From NCBI RefSeq assembly GCF_009914755.1, contig NC_060929.1: 64,000 bases of DNA. The stretch is one strand, 5' to 3'. Within the stretch, counting starts at the first letter, position 1. Each line of letters starts with the position of its first letter. The notes below the pieces were generated by a model. That model was given only the letters and a program-made list of their open reading frames with translations. It was not told where the DNA came from and did no database searches. This document shows, one piece after another, positions 1 through 15,745 of this stretch. Source of the DNA: the human T2T-CHM13v2.0 reference genome, Homo sapiens. A program made the translations under genes and the position numbers.

Positions 1-2349
1 GGGGTGATACATTTAAATCATTAATACCTCTTCAGTTCTTTTTTGTATATGGTGTAAGGAAGGGGTCCAGTTTTAATCTTCTGCATATGGCTAGCTAGTT
101 ATTCCAGCACCATTTAATGAATAGGGAATCCTTTCCCCATTGTTTGTTTTTGTCAGGTTTGTCAAAGGTCAGATAGTTGTAAGTGTGTGGTCTTATTAAT
201 GGATTCTCCATTCCTTTCCATTGGTCTATATGTCTGTTTTTGTACCAGTACCATACTGTTTTGGTTACTGTAGTCCTGTGGTATAATTTGAAGTCAGGTA
301 GCATGATGCCTCCAGCTTTGTTCTTTTTGCTTGGGATTGCTTGGCTATTTGGGCTATTTTTTTTTGCCCCATATCAATTTTATAATAGCTTTTACTAGTT
401 CTGTGAAGAATATAAATGGCAGCTTAATAGGAATAGTATTGGATCTATAAATTGCTTTGGGCAGTATGGCCATTTTAAGGATATTGATTCTTCCTATCTA
501 AGAACATGAAATGTTTTTTCTTTCAGTTCTGTCATCTCTGATTTCTCTGATCAATGGCTTGTAGTCCTTCTTGTCTCTACAAGAAGACAAGGAAAGGGAG
601 ATCTTTTACCTCTGTAGTTAGCTGTATTCCTATGTATTTTATTCTTTTTGTGGCAATTGTGAATGAGACTTCCTTCCTGATTTGGCTCTTGGCTTGACTG
701 TTGTTGTTGCTGTATAGGAATGTTAGTAATTTTTGCAAATTGATTTTGCATCCTGAGACTTTGCTGAAACTGTTTATCAGCTTAAGAAGCTTTGGGGCTG
801 AAACTATGGGATTTTCTAGATATAGGATCATGTCATCTGCAAACAGGGATAATTTGACTTCCCTTCTTACTATTTGAATGTCCTTTACTTCTTTCTCTTT
901 TCTGATTGCCCTGGCCAGAACTTCCAATACTATGTTGAATAGTAGTAGTGAGAAAGGGCATCCTTGTCTTTTGCCAGTTTTCAAAGGGAATGCTTCCAGT
1001 TTTTACCCATTCAGTATGATGTTGGCTGTGGGTTTGTCATAGATGGCTCTTATTATTTTGAGGTATGTTCCTTCAATACCGAGTTTATTGACAGTTTTTT
1101 TTAACATGAATGGATTTTGAATTTTATTGAAGGCCTTTATGCACCTATTGAGATAATTATGTCATTTTGTCGTTAGTTCTGTTTATGTGATGAATCAAAT
1201 TTATTGATTTGTGTTTGTCGAGTCAGCTTCACATACCAGTGATGATCATGGTCTAGATTTTCTAGTTTATGTGCATAGAGGTGTTTATAATATCCTCTGA
1301 TGTTTGTTTGTATTTCTATGGGGTCAGTGGTAATATCCCCCTTGTCATTTATGATAGTTTTTATTTGAATGTTCTCTTTTCTTATTAGTCTAGCTGGCAG
1401 TCTATCTATTTTATTAATTTTTTCAAAAAACCAGTTCCTGGATTCATTGATCTTTTGGATTGTTTTTGTGTTTCCATTTCCTTCAGTTCAGCTCTGATTT
1501 CTGTTATTTCTTGTCTTCTGCTAACTTTAGGATTTGTTTGCTCTTGGTTCTCCAGTTCTTTTAGTTGCGATGTTATGTGGTTAATTTGAGATCTTTCTAA
1601 ACTTTTGGATGTGAGCATTTGGTGCTATCAATTTCTCTGTTAATGCTGCCTTAGCTGTGTCCCAGAGATTCTGGTACATTTTATCTTTGTTCTCATTAGT
1701 TTCAAAGAACTTTTTAATTTCTGCCTTCATTTCATTATTTACCCGAAAGTCATTCAGGAGCAGGCTATTCGATTTCCATGTAATTGTATGGTTTTGAGTG
1801 AATTCCTTTGTCTTGATTTTGAATTTGATTGCACTGTGACTTGAGAGACTGCTTTGATTTCAGTTCTTTTGCATTTGCTGAGGAGGGTTTTATTTCTGAT
1901 CATGTGATATTTTAGAGTCTGTGCCATGTTGCTATGAGAAGAATGTATATTCTGTTGTGTCAGGGTGGAGAGGTCTGTAGATCTCTATCAGATCTGTTTG
2001 ATCTAGTGCTGAGTTCAGGTGCTGAATATATTTGTTAATTTTCTGTCTCAGTGGTCTGCCTAATATTGTCAGTGGGGTGATAAATCTCTCACTATTTTTG
2101 TGTGGCACTCTATGTCTCTTTGAAGTTCTCTAAGAACTTGCTTTTTGAATCTGGGTGCTCCTGTGTAGGATGCACATATATATTTAGGATAGATAGATAG
2201 ATTTTGTTGAATTGCACCCTTTATTAATATGTAATGTCTTTTTTTATTTTTGTTTGTTTAAAGTCTGTTTTTTCAGAAACTAAGATTGCAAGCTCTGCTT
2301 ATTTCTACTTTCCATTTGCTTGGTAGATTTTTCTCCATCCCTTTATTTT
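1..2349 (-). mobile_element. Old primate LINE-1 (L1PA13-16/L1PB-like) ORF2 fragment, degenerate, running off the left edge
   Basis: Minus-strand ORF pieces match L1 ORF2 ([22 protein letters not shown]; [19 protein letters not shown]), broken by stops and frameshifts. Similarity ends near TCCATCCCTTTATTTT at ~2349. Confidence 0.95.
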
Positions 2350-4313
2350 AAATATCTTATACTCTTTGTTAATTTATCTGACATTTCCACCACCTTTACT
2401 TTACATTCTAATATACAATGAACAAATGCAAAATAAGATAAAAATGTATATTTTAATAACTAATATATGTTAATAACTAATTGAGGCTCTATTGTATATA
2501 TATTTTATAACACAATTTGTCTTCCCTTTTTTGCCCAGTTTTGGTAATAATAAAAACATACAGATAATTAAAAATGTAGCCTTACCTTCATATTACAAGT
2601 AATATTCATCATATTTATTATATCTATGAATTTCATTAGCTGTCTGAGAATTCCCTGAGCTTGCTGACTATTCTGGAATCATAGCTTTGAAAAGAACCTC
2701 AAGGGGCTGTATGAGTTAATGAGATTTGGAACTCTTCTTTCAAATTGTTTTATATGTAGTTCTAATGCACCTCAAAATACACTTGTATATTAATTTTTAT
2801 ATACAATAACGTGTAATTTGCATTTTTCAATATATAGTTTAGTGACATCATCTAATAAACTGGCTGATACTCAAAGTGGTTTATATATTTTTGTTTAATT
2901 TGATTGGTTATTGCCATTTTTGCTCTAATTTCCAAAATTTTGGATGTTTGTAGTTTTTCCAATTTTTAACTTTTAAATTTGGTTTTAAATTAATAAATTC
3001 ATATGGTAGTTTTTTGTTCGTCTGTTTGTTTTTACATGTGGGCAATTGTAACTAAATTAACTGAGCTTCTATTATGTGCTCAACATTGATTTCAATGCAG
3101 AAAAAAGAAATAAACAAAAAGGGGAGAAAACACTAGCCCTCAATTCAAATTTGCGTCAAGTGTGGGTTTGTTTGTGGATTTGGAGGTGAAGAGGATTAAA
3201 GCAGTTGGATAAAATGATTGAAATAGTGGGAAACAAAGACAATAAACCCACTAACAAACACACAATAAAATAAGTCTGCTAATGATAATAGATGCTAAAA
3301 TAGGATTATGCATTAGGAAGTCACGGGCATATTATCAGATACTAAGTTACTATGTCAGTTTTAAATATTATTACAACTCATGCTACATAATGCAGATTCA
3401 TTAATTTCCAAAAGTGTTAAATCTATGTCACAGCAATGCAGTGTGATGCTCCATTTCACCAGTATCAATAGCAATAAGAAATAATTATTTTTATTTTGGT
3501 ATGCTCCTGCTTCTGCTTCTTCCTTTCAATTTGTACAAATTCTGTACATATGACCTCATGGTTTTTCATGTATTAGTGGATACATTATTCATTTTCTTTT
3601 TGATGCACTCTTCCAGTATTTATAATTTTCTCCTTGCTATAAAACTTCCACACACAAGATGTTTAATAGAATTGTGTTCTTTTTTATTCTAGTTTTCTTA
3701 TAGTTTGCAGTGTTGACACATTTAGGAATTAAAACCGTTAGATACTCCTTAACAAGAAGCAAAGTCAGGTTAAGATGCACTGTTTTAAAACTTGGTAGAG
3801 GAAATGGTTTCCTGGACACTCTCAGGGTCTCACCAGTGAGAGCAACATAAACGATAATAAGACTTGGGAAATGCTGACATTGTTCTTTCCTTGATTAAAG
3901 ATATTCTTCTGTCTTTCATTTATTTAATGTACATGATTTTCTTTTATTGAATGTCTACAATTTCTGATTAGCAGCCTGTCTTTTTCTTGAAATTCTGAAA
4001 AGTAGTTTTAGAAATGAAACCTCAAACCATAATGTATTAAAAGAGCCAAATCTCTCTAAACTTAAAATGTGTACAGATAGTAAATATGAAGTTTAAGTGA
4101 AAGTGTTATTTGATTACTCATTAGGTGGACGGGCTTATAGGCAAGTGTGAGTTAAGATGAAGAGAGAAGCAAGATAAAGAACTTAGGGCAGCAAAGAGGT
4201 AATCCAAGCTAGGAAACAAATGTGTAGAATATAAAGTGCAAGCTTTAGAGGGGAAGCAAAAAATCTCCCTACGATTCTCTCCAATCTACTTCATTTAAAA
4301 ATAAGTGAGATTT

Positions 4314-4539
4314 GGAGCTCAGGAGTTTGAGACCAGTCTGACCAACATGGTGAAACCCCGTCTCTACTAAAAATACAAGAATTATCTGGGCGTGGTGGTG
4401 GGTGCCTGTAATCCCAGCTACACAGGAGGCTGAGGCAGGAGAATCACTTGAACCTGGGAGTCAGAGGGTGCAGTGAGCCGAGATCAGACCATTGCACTCC
4501 AGCCTGTATGACAGAGACTCTGTCTCAAAAAAAAAAAAA
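4314..4539 (+). mobile_element. 5'-truncated AluS
   Basis: Alu sequence from CAGGAGTTTGAGACC through the right arm to poly(A). Imperfect TSD AAGTGAGAT on both sides. Confidence 0.95.
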
Positions 4540-4655
4540 CAAAGTGAGATATTTCACAAAACTTTTTTAAAAAAGGAAAACAGTAACAACAAAACATTTA
4601 GCAAAGTCATAAAGATAATTTCAAATACTTATAAATACAGAGAACAATTACTATA

Positions 4656-4770
4656 GGCCAGACACAGTGGCCTGCACCTGTAATCCCAGAGACCAGGCGA
4701 GAGGATTGCTTGAGTTCCAAATCAACCTGGGTGACAAAGTGAGACCTTGCCTCTACCAAAAAAAAAAAAA
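4656..4770 (+). mobile_element. FLAM/Alu monomer with internal deletions
   Basis: GGCCAGACACAGTGG..CCTGTAATCCCAG..GGATTGCTTGAG..GAGACCTTGCCTCTAC followed by an A tail. Confidence 0.85.
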
Positions 4771-4773
4771 TTA

Positions 4774-4820
<47 letters not shown>
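4774..4820 (+). repeat. (TATC)11 tetranucleotide microsatellite
   Basis: Perfect TATC run directly after the FLAM A-tail. Confidence 0.98.
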
Positions 4821-4959
4821 GAGGTATGAGGAATGTGAAGAAAACATAAAGAAATAGTGGAAGAGGGGAGTCAGCAAAGGGGAAAATACTGAAAGAAAAT
4901 TATCACTGTTTGAAAATGATTGAGACATTTGATTTCTATAAGTCTTCCTGGGAAGATAA

Positions 4960-5300
4960 ATCACATGTTCCAGCAAGATTTGTTCAAAGGCTAAAGTGAC
5001 TTTAGGCTGTATTAGCATAAACCTAAATTATAGCAGTCCCATTGAAACTCTGCACTATCAGACTCTTGGAATGTTAGTGCTCAGCTCTACATGCCACCTT
5101 TTAATATTACCTAGGTAAAAATGAATATGAACAGAGTGTTTCCCAGACAGGGTAGGATCTAGATTAAATGATATCTGAAGAACAGTTAAAAAAGAGATAT
5201 TTAGTCTAAAAAATACTTAAAGGAAACACAAATTTTTCCCAAATCCAAAATGTCTACTCTTCCAATGAAGAAAACCTCATTATTATTATTATTTCTAAAG
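4960..5300 (+). mobile_element. Ancient L3/CR1 LINE 3' fragment
   Basis: AAAGGCTAAAGTGACTTTAGGCTGTATTA..CTCTGCACTATCAGAC..GAAGAACAGTTAAAA..ATATTTAGTCTA resembles the L3 ORF2 3' region. Boundaries approximate. Confidence 0.6.
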
Positions 5301-6739
5301 ACAGACTTTAAAAGAATATGTGACTTTGAATAAATAAAAGGAATCTCTTAAATCCTCAGCGAGACTGATACAAGTAATCCCAGAAAGTCACAATGATTAA
5401 CATTTATAGAGCCTTCAAAGGTTTTTGGAAAATATCTTAGATTATTTAAAATTCATGCAAAGAGAATCTATAGAGAAGATAGATAACTTTGGAAAGAATT
5501 GGCTAAAATTTTTAAAATAATAATGATGGTAGCAGAAATGTCCTCTTTTTAACAGAAAATGATTTTTAAATCTAAATGAGAATGATAGCCTGGAGAAATT
5601 TAAGTTCTGTCCTTTAGTAGGTTCAAATAGAAAAGCTAAACCTAAACATAAGCTGCATTTTCATTGTTAGTTCAGAGACACCAAATCAAGATAAGGTAAC
5701 AAAAGCCCTGAAAGATATCGATTTAGTCCCTACAAGTTAATTTAAAGATAAGATGGATAGGAAAAAAAGAGCTTTAAAAAATAAAATAAAACAAAAAATT
5801 CTAGTTTGCCCTTTATTTGTACTTTCTGAATTTAGAACTGTAGAATATTAAAATATACATTTTATGTATATATGTAAAATATCAAAATTAGTGTGATTTA
5901 TGGTTTAAGTTTTACACAAATAATATTAATTAAAACTTGCAATAGTTCATTTAATTCAACAAACTGACACACACTGGGCACACAGTATATGCAATTTTGT
6001 AGGCGCTTTGCTGAATGAGTTCACATTTTATGAGAGAGAACAAGTTTTTTGGCTTACAATTTTTTTAATGTTAATGTCAAAGTTTTATAAAAGGACTACG
6101 TGCTGTAGTTTTCAATAATTTTGGACAAAATGTTATCCTTACTTCACTCTTTTGGTCAATATTTGAAAGATAAAAATCCTGTGGAAATTTGTCCACTTAT
6201 AAGCCTCTTTAGGTAAATGCAAAATTTATTGGACAAATCAACACTCATGTACATCAAGATAATATTGTTTCTCTAGTAACTGTAATTATATTCAATTGAG
6301 AAAATAAAGGTAGTTTAAGGTACCTTTCCTTCAGGGAAGAAGGAACTGTTACAAAGACTAAATCCTAGGGTACAGAAGTTTGAACAAACTGTTGAGTCTG
6401 GAAAAGTTGGGCACAACTTAAAAATAGACTTGGTATGTGATGTAAAGGTTAAAGCTTATTCTGTAATTGTTGGTTTGTCACTATGTGAATAAAGATAGAA
6501 CAGTAACACAATCTATTTTGCTTAAAGTTCTTTCTGGTGTGTGAGATATTATACTTGAAGAAAATAGGACAAGAAAAATTGTGCCCCAGTTAGGAGATCT
6601 TTCTTTGATCTAATATAGAAATGTTTAAGTCTATAATAAAACAGGACAATAGAAATTATAAAATTAGATGCATTTTCAATACAGGTAGAGGCACCACTAA
6701 AAATAATTAAGGGGTAATGTATGAGAGCATTGCAAATAA

Positions 6740-7175
6740 AATTATCTGGGAAGCAAACTGTGAGACGGTTTAGTGTTCAGTGTGTTTATTAAAAACCACC
6801 CATGGTATAAATATCTTTAGAAAGGGAACAGAGGAAGCAGAAATGGGCAGTGGGATAAATCAATTTGTGATACAGTCCAAGCAGCTTCTACAGACCAAAT
6901 AGGGAGTTTTTAGAATTGCTTAAATGCCTGGTTAGAGTTGCTCTGCACTTGGCTAAAGAGGCAAGTCTGTATACACCCATGCAATTTGTCACTGGTTGTG
7001 GGCTACATCCCCAACACTATGACCTTGGCTGAGACAGCTCTCTGAAGCCAAAGCAAACTTCTAAGAAGGGGCCAACCCTGAAAACTGTCTATTGACAGTG
7101 TTCTTATCAGCTAGAAAACAAGTATGTCTTTGCAGAGAGATTTGGGAAGTTGAACATTCCCAAGTTCATCACAGT
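6740..7175 (-). mobile_element. ERVL LTR16-family solo LTR, old
   Basis: GGAAGCAAACTGTGAGACGG..TTTATT..GGAAGCAGAAATGGGCAG..GTCACTGGTTGTGGGCT..GACCTTGGCTGAG is collinear with the LTR16 reverse strand as I recall it. Confidence 0.65.
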
Positions 7176-9339
7176 CAGTGTAAAGAAAGAGCATCCAAAG
7201 TTAATTCCAATGTTTACATTTTGGGAAAGGATTCTAGAGTGATTTAGCCAAAGAGGTTTGTAGAAAGAACAGCAGTGTGTTGGTGGAGAGGTGTGTCTGA
7301 CCTAGATAATTCAGTTGCAAACTTATTGAATTTCACTGAATTTTTCTAGGTAAAGCTGTTAGAGTACAGTACTTAGAAGGACCTTGCCATGGGCCACATC
7401 TTTACAAATGGCAGTTAATTTTTTAAAATAAATCAGTATTCAGACCTGTATAAATATTAATATTTTCTTTGTGAGAAAATATTAATGGATGGAGTCAATA
7501 ATGTCTTCCTTATTTAAAACAATACATCAGTTACCACAAACAATAACAGAATTTAATGTCTTTCATATATATGCTCATTTAAGAAATACAAAAGAATGAA
7601 ATGTCCTGTATTAAGAAACCTAAACAAAATGAAATTACTCAAGGTGGTTTTTTTTTTTCTATAAATAGCTTTGGTTTTCCATAGATAATTACAAAATCAT
7701 CTTCAGGAGTTTCATGCAGAAAGTGACCACTTTTAATGCTTTTTCATGACATTTCATGAGATTTGGCATGATATCTTATAATAACTTCATTTTCCTCACA
7801 TGAAAAAAAATGAGACTACTGCACAGTAGGAACGGGCAGTAAATCTCACAAGAACTCAGTAGCTTGGCATTTATTGCCCATCGCTTCCTTTTGATTTAGC
7901 AGGTCTGCCCTTCAGTATTTCTTTTCTCCAAATACTTGCCCAATTTTGTTTTTAAAACAATTTATATTGGTGGCACATTTCACAGCCTTTGGTAGTTTGT
8001 GGCATAAGTCATTGTGTCAGAATGATCCCACTCTAGTATATTTAGAGAAACTTCTGGACATCTTTGGTAAAACTCAATTATTTTAAGTGTTTATATCTCC
8101 AAGAAAGAAGGGCATGGTACCATCTAGTGATATTCCATGGAGGCAGTTTTTTTTTTTTTTTTTTTTTTTTAACTGTTGCTATATATTTCACTGTTGGTTT
8201 GAAAGAAATGGTGTCTGGAAGTGCACTTGTTGAAATATTTATTCTTTATTTTTTGAACTTGTTGAATAGTATGAATGCTAACCTTGAAATACATGCAGTA
8301 AAATATCCAATAATTTTGTATCACAGGTTTGATTTCCAAATTTATAATAGTTACCTGTCTTAAGTCTGCTATATATTGAACTAAAATTTAGGCATAGTTG
8401 TGAAGGTTGCTATATTCTGAGTGTACATATTTGTCTCTGTATCTCTAAATTTCCACTGAAGTTGTAATGTGTTTACTGTCAACAGATGACTAATGACTAT
8501 TCAGCGTTTTTCATTAAATTCTACTGAAATTGTCTCAGTAATAGAAGTTGATTTTACTTAAACGCAATAGTCCTATTATTTCAAAATTTCAAATAAATTT
8601 TTATTAAAAGGTGGCAGTAGCCTCAAGATTTTATCACTAAAAAACACTCTTTACACTATTGGAAACGATTTCTAGATATATTCATCTCAACAAACTTTCT
8701 CTCTCATAGTTAAAATTATGTTCTATAATAATGTGCTCTTTTGTAAATATAAAACATGAAGATAAAATAAGAGCAAAATTAGTACCCTTTTTCTTTATTC
8801 ATTAACTCTACCTCATCACAAAGCCTATCAGGTTTGTTTGTTTCTTAATGGTAAATATGAATTCCGGAATCACATAGAGCACAATTACTTTACATACATA
8901 CATATCTATATATATTTATAAATTTTTGATATATTACTAAATAATTATCCTGGAAAATGTCCCAAAAGAGTCTGCCAATGACAATAGACCCACTTTAAGA
9001 TGACTAAAGGAGTATAGGAGTCTGTATACTTAATCCGTTTGTTTTCATATGTAATTTTTACACCATTTGGTTTGATTGATTTGTAAACTGGAGAAAATAA
9101 CAAAGATAGTAGAATGAAACCAAATATAATTAATTGTGTGATGCTGTCTCTTAGGACACACGATGTACCTAGTCTATTATGTGGAACTTGGTTAGCCCTA
9201 AACTAAAAGTGCTAAACATACCGAAGACTTCCTTCAAACAGCGTATCGATAACCGTGGTTTGCACACTATATTCCATCCTCTGGAAAAACTAAGCTACTA
9301 CCTGCCATTAACTCTAAACTGCCACATGTAGCCTCATAG

Positions 9340-9500
9340 CATCATACACTGAGCTATTTAAGCATTTGGGAGAAATATTATCTCATTTAATCTGCACAAT
9401 AAAAACATAAACAGGCACTATTGTATACATTTTAAGGGTGAGGAAATTGAATCTCAAGTGAAAGCCAAAGCCGTTCTTTGAGTTTTATCTCTTTTGATTC
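9340..9500 (-). mobile_element. MIR SINE fragment
   Basis: MIR core ATTATCTCATTTAATCTGCACAATAA..CATTTTAAGGGTGAGGAAATTGA. Confidence 0.7.
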
Positions 9501-9664
9501 CAAAAAGAGGTGTAGAGTGGAAGATGAAAAATGTACTCAGATATACCGAGATCAAAATATTGGCTCCATTATCATAAAGTGGACATTTTGATAAAATCTC
9601 TTGTTTTTTCCTCTGTAACATCTATACAACCCCCAAAAGTACAGAGTACAACCCCCAAAAGAAT

Positions 9665-10320
9665 TTAAAACAAGACTTCTGTTCCTATCTAGCTTATAGG
9701 GAGTAGACAGTGAAAAAAAAAGTGAATGCATACAACAAAGAGATAATTTTAGACACTGAGAAATGTTGTGTAGATTATACTAGTTTACATCAAGGAAAAC
9801 ATCTGTGACAGAATGACATGAGTCAAGACCTAAATAGCCCCAAAATCCAATCATGAACTTACTTGGCGAGTATCACTCCAGGCAAGGAGATTAGGAATTG
9901 CAAAGTTCCTAGTGGGAATGGGCAAAAATGATTCATGTACGTAATGAGCATGCAGAGAGAATCAAGAAAAACACGATAAGGGAAATAATGTTTAAAAAAA
10001 CAACAACAACAAAAAAACCTTTGAGAAGTTCACCCAGAGGAGGGAGATGCCAGTTCAGATTTTGAAGAACTGGAGCAAATTCATGTTAATATCTGAAATA
10101 TTCTGGAAACAAGAAGTAGACAGCAACATCTGAATATAATTATATATTAGGGGATTGGAAAAATAAATTGAAGGCACACAGTAAAGAACTACAAATTCCA
10201 GAAGTAAGCCAGTGAATGATTTGAAGAAGTGTCTGATATGAACAGAACTGTGATTTTGAAATGTTAATCCAGCAGCTGCAGGTGTAAATGATTGGGTGGG
10301 TTGAGGGCTGGATGGAAAAT
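9665..10320 (-). mobile_element. L2 LINE fragments
   Basis: Degenerate L2 3' region motifs (AACAAGACTT..CTAGCTTATAG..AGACAG; TGCAAAGTTCCT; CTGATATGAACAGAACTGTG). Boundaries approximate. Confidence 0.5.
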
Positions 10321-10340
10321 AAGTAAACTTTTAAAAATTG

Positions 10341-10681
<341 letters not shown>

Positions 10682-10981
10682 CTAGAGCACTGGTAATGAG
10701 AATGAAAGGGAGATGACATATTAGAAAGCATTTAAAGGTATAATTAAATATGACTGGGTATGAGAGTTGGGTGTGATTTTTTTAGAAGACAGCATGGAGA
10801 AGGCTGTTAAATAACAAGGCAAAACAAACAAAATCCCTACGGAACAACAACAACAGCAACAAAAGAAAAACCAACAACAACGCAGTTCAACCATGAAGGA
10901 CAGTCAAGGGTGAAGTACTCTATTAGGTAATCCAAAGGCAGAAAAGAAGATGCTACTTTTGGCAATTAAGAGGTTGTTGAT

Positions 10982-11280
<299 letters not shown>

Positions 11281-12089
11281 GAGGTTGTTGATAATATTTA
11301 ATGCAGCAAATTTAATTATATGCTATAAGAGGACTAGGGTGATATGGAGAGAAGAGTATGGAAGAACATAATTGATGGGTAATTGTTCTATTAAGCCAAT
11401 GATTGTGTCACAGACAAAAATGTTACAATGGCTAGTGGAAATGCGTAGGAAAGACATTAAGGGTGTCACTCATTTAAATTAGAGAGTAGGTGAAATAGCT
11501 TTCTTATATCGTCACAATTCTTCATGATGGGACATAAAACAGGATTGTCAAATATGAATGTATGTAAAAGAATCATATAAAATCCAGAACTGTGGCATTA
11601 AAGGTTCAGTTTAGAGCTTACTAAAATTAAAGAAGATTTTCCAGAGATTAACTTACAGGTGTGTGATGTTCTATGGGGGTTGACTGAAATCCGTTGCATG
11701 CTAAAATTAGGGATAATAATAATGAATTTGAGAATATAATTAAGTTTGAATTCAATAGCTGGTTTAATTTATTAATTTAATGTATCATTTCATTAAAATA
11801 ATGAATAATAAATTAGTATAAAGATGAAAAATTATATTTCTATCAAATGACAGAACCAATATTTTATATTTCCTCCCAATACCTTATCCATATGTAGTTT
11901 TTAATTGTTATCTTTATTACATATATTCCAAAATCATTATTCTGCTGACACTTAACTCAGTAGTGTGCATGTGTATGTCTCTTACAAACTTATAAAGGGC
12001 TCCCCATTGCCATCTGGTTGACAGGTTGATCAAACACGAAATGTTTATTTTGGAGTCAGCTTTCTTTCAGCTTTACTGGCATTGACTAA

Positions 12090-12310
12090 TCTTAGGTCTT
12101 CTTTCCCAAGATACAAACTTTGAGATGCAGGTTTGTGGGCAGTAAGTCTGTTGGGAAGTAACAACACATGTAAGGGAGAGATAAAAGCAGGATTGAGAAG
12201 AAAAAATAATTTTAATGCAGTTTCAACAGCCTTCAGTTGACATCATGAAATATGAAGGTGAGATGGTCTTTCAGCTTTGTCCCAACTGAAACAAGGAGAA
12301 GGAATCTTTA
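12090..12310 (-). mobile_element. LTR16/LTR33-like ERVL LTR fragment
   Basis: CTTAGGTCTT..CAAACTTTGAGATGCAGGTTTG..AAGCAGGATTG..GAGATGGTCTTTCAG, similar to the element at 6740. Confidence 0.55.
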
Positions 12311-13286
12311 TAAATTATTTTCTTATTTACTCAAGATTGACTTGTATTACATATTTATGAATAAACTTAGTAATATACCATAAACACATATTTGCACAGT
12401 TTTATAAGATTAACTGTTGTGCTTCCTTTTCTGCCTTTTTTATAAGGAGATAATATTATTTTTTATAATTTGCTTAGTTTATTCAATGTAAGTACTTGTC
12501 CTTTGCTTTGGGGAGATTTCTAGTTAGATTTATTTCTGCTTTGGAATATGTCTCTTTCTACTATCACATTAATCCTTTTGATTCAAGAGCTTAATGGGAA
12601 GTGTAGATATTCTGACTTAGGACAGCAACTACGAAGTAGTTTAGCATTACAAAATCAATCAAGAAACCAACAAATCACTTCAATGGCGCTCATCTTCCAA
12701 AAGGCTAAGTGTGTAAATCATGAGAAGGTAGTAAGCTTCGTATTTGAGAGAATGATAAGGATTATAGAGCACATCAGAGAAAAGTGGTATGCCATCTATC
12801 TAAAACCCTTAAGAAAAATTAAAGTGACAGAATTGAAGGAATGAACAGATTATATCATTAAAATTTGGTCCCGTGTATCATACCCTACACTTCTGGTTTT
12901 AAGGTTTGCATTGTGCAATTGGTTTTAATTATGTTGATTCTTACAAGTGTATCTAAAATGTACAAATGGATAGATTTATTTTCTAGAGTTGTCATTTTCA
13001 GTGGCTAAAATTAACGTACTATTGGGAAAATTTTTGTGATCTCCATTGTCATAAATATTAAGTTGATGATGATTTTGTGAATTCATACTTTCTAATGTCC
13101 AAGTCACTGCATATAGAATAATTAAATTAATAGACAGAATATCTTTAAACACTAAATGCCACAAGGGTAATATTCAGTGAGCTATAAATTGCTGTTAGCC
13201 TCAGTCCCTGGAGGAGATATTTAATATGTGAGTCATCAACTTTTAATGTATCATTTCAAACAATTTTGTGTTCACTAAAAAATTGT

Positions 13287-13610
13287 GGCTGGGTGTGGTG
13301 GCTCATGCCTGTAATACCAGCACTTTGGGAGACTGAGGTGGGTGAATTGCTTGAGCCCAGCAGTTCGGGCTAAGCTGGGCAACATGGCAAAACCCCTTCT
13401 CTACTGAAAATACAAAAATTAGTCAGGCATGGTAGGGCATGCCTGTAGTTCAGCTGCTCACGGGCTGAGATGGGAGGATCATTCATGGTAGGGGGGCAGT
13501 GTGGAGTTGCAGTGAGCCGAGATCACACCACTGCACTCCAGCCTGGGCGAACAAGTGAGACCTTGTCTCAAAAAAAAAAATAAAATGAAATAAAATAAAA
13601 AAGAATAAAA
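13287..13610 (+). mobile_element. AluJ
   Basis: Diverged dimeric Alu with J diagnostics (GAATTGCTTGAGCCCAG, GATGGGAGGATC). Confidence 0.95.
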
Positions 13611-13669
13611 ACAATCTTTTAATTTTTTTATGAAATTGCAAATAGATTAGGTAATTATTTTATACATTT

Positions 13670-15172
<1,503 letters not shown>

Positions 15173-15289
15173 ATTAGGTGACATCTAACATTTTACGTGC
15201 ATTTTCAGTGGTTTGAAAGTAAAAATCACAGATACCTACATAAAATATGAATCTAAATATGCATTCATCTTCTTACAACCTAAGTAGAC

Positions 15290-15745
15290 TCTAGCAAAAA
15301 AAATCCCTTATGTTTTTACCATGATGTCTCCATATCTGCCTGCCTCTTTAGCTCCATTTTTATTACACCATGTTTTATATTTACTGTGGTCTGTTCATTG
15401 TCCTGCTTTTGCATTATCACACACAGGATTTTGTTGCATGCTTGATCTCTACTGGAAATGCCTTTTCCTCAACACTTTTACCTATCTAACTCCTCTTTAA
15501 CAATTTAAATTCATTCTAAATTAAGAAAACTATCAGTGAATGTTTCACTCTGAGTTAGTTTTCCTTTATCTATTTTGCATAATACTCTTTCCATGTCACT
15601 CTCATTGCATTACGAATGATCTATTTAAGGAATCTATTTTAGTCCTTTTACACCACCTTATGGGAACAGAGAATGGGAATTTCCAGAACCAAGAGCAATG
15701 CTGGTATAAAACAAATATTCAATAAATACTGTTTGTGTGAATGGG
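15290..15745 (+). mobile_element. L2 LINE 3' end
   Basis: CTCTACTGGAAATGCCTTTTCC..TTCAATAAATACTGTTTGTGTGAATG matches the L2 terminus pattern. Confidence 0.55.

Noticed and set aside
9192-9254. Possible mitochondrial 12S rRNA NUMT (TTAGCCCTAAAC, ATCGATAACC)
   Set aside because: Only two short words match, their spacing differs from 12S as I recall it, and the intervening sequence does not align.
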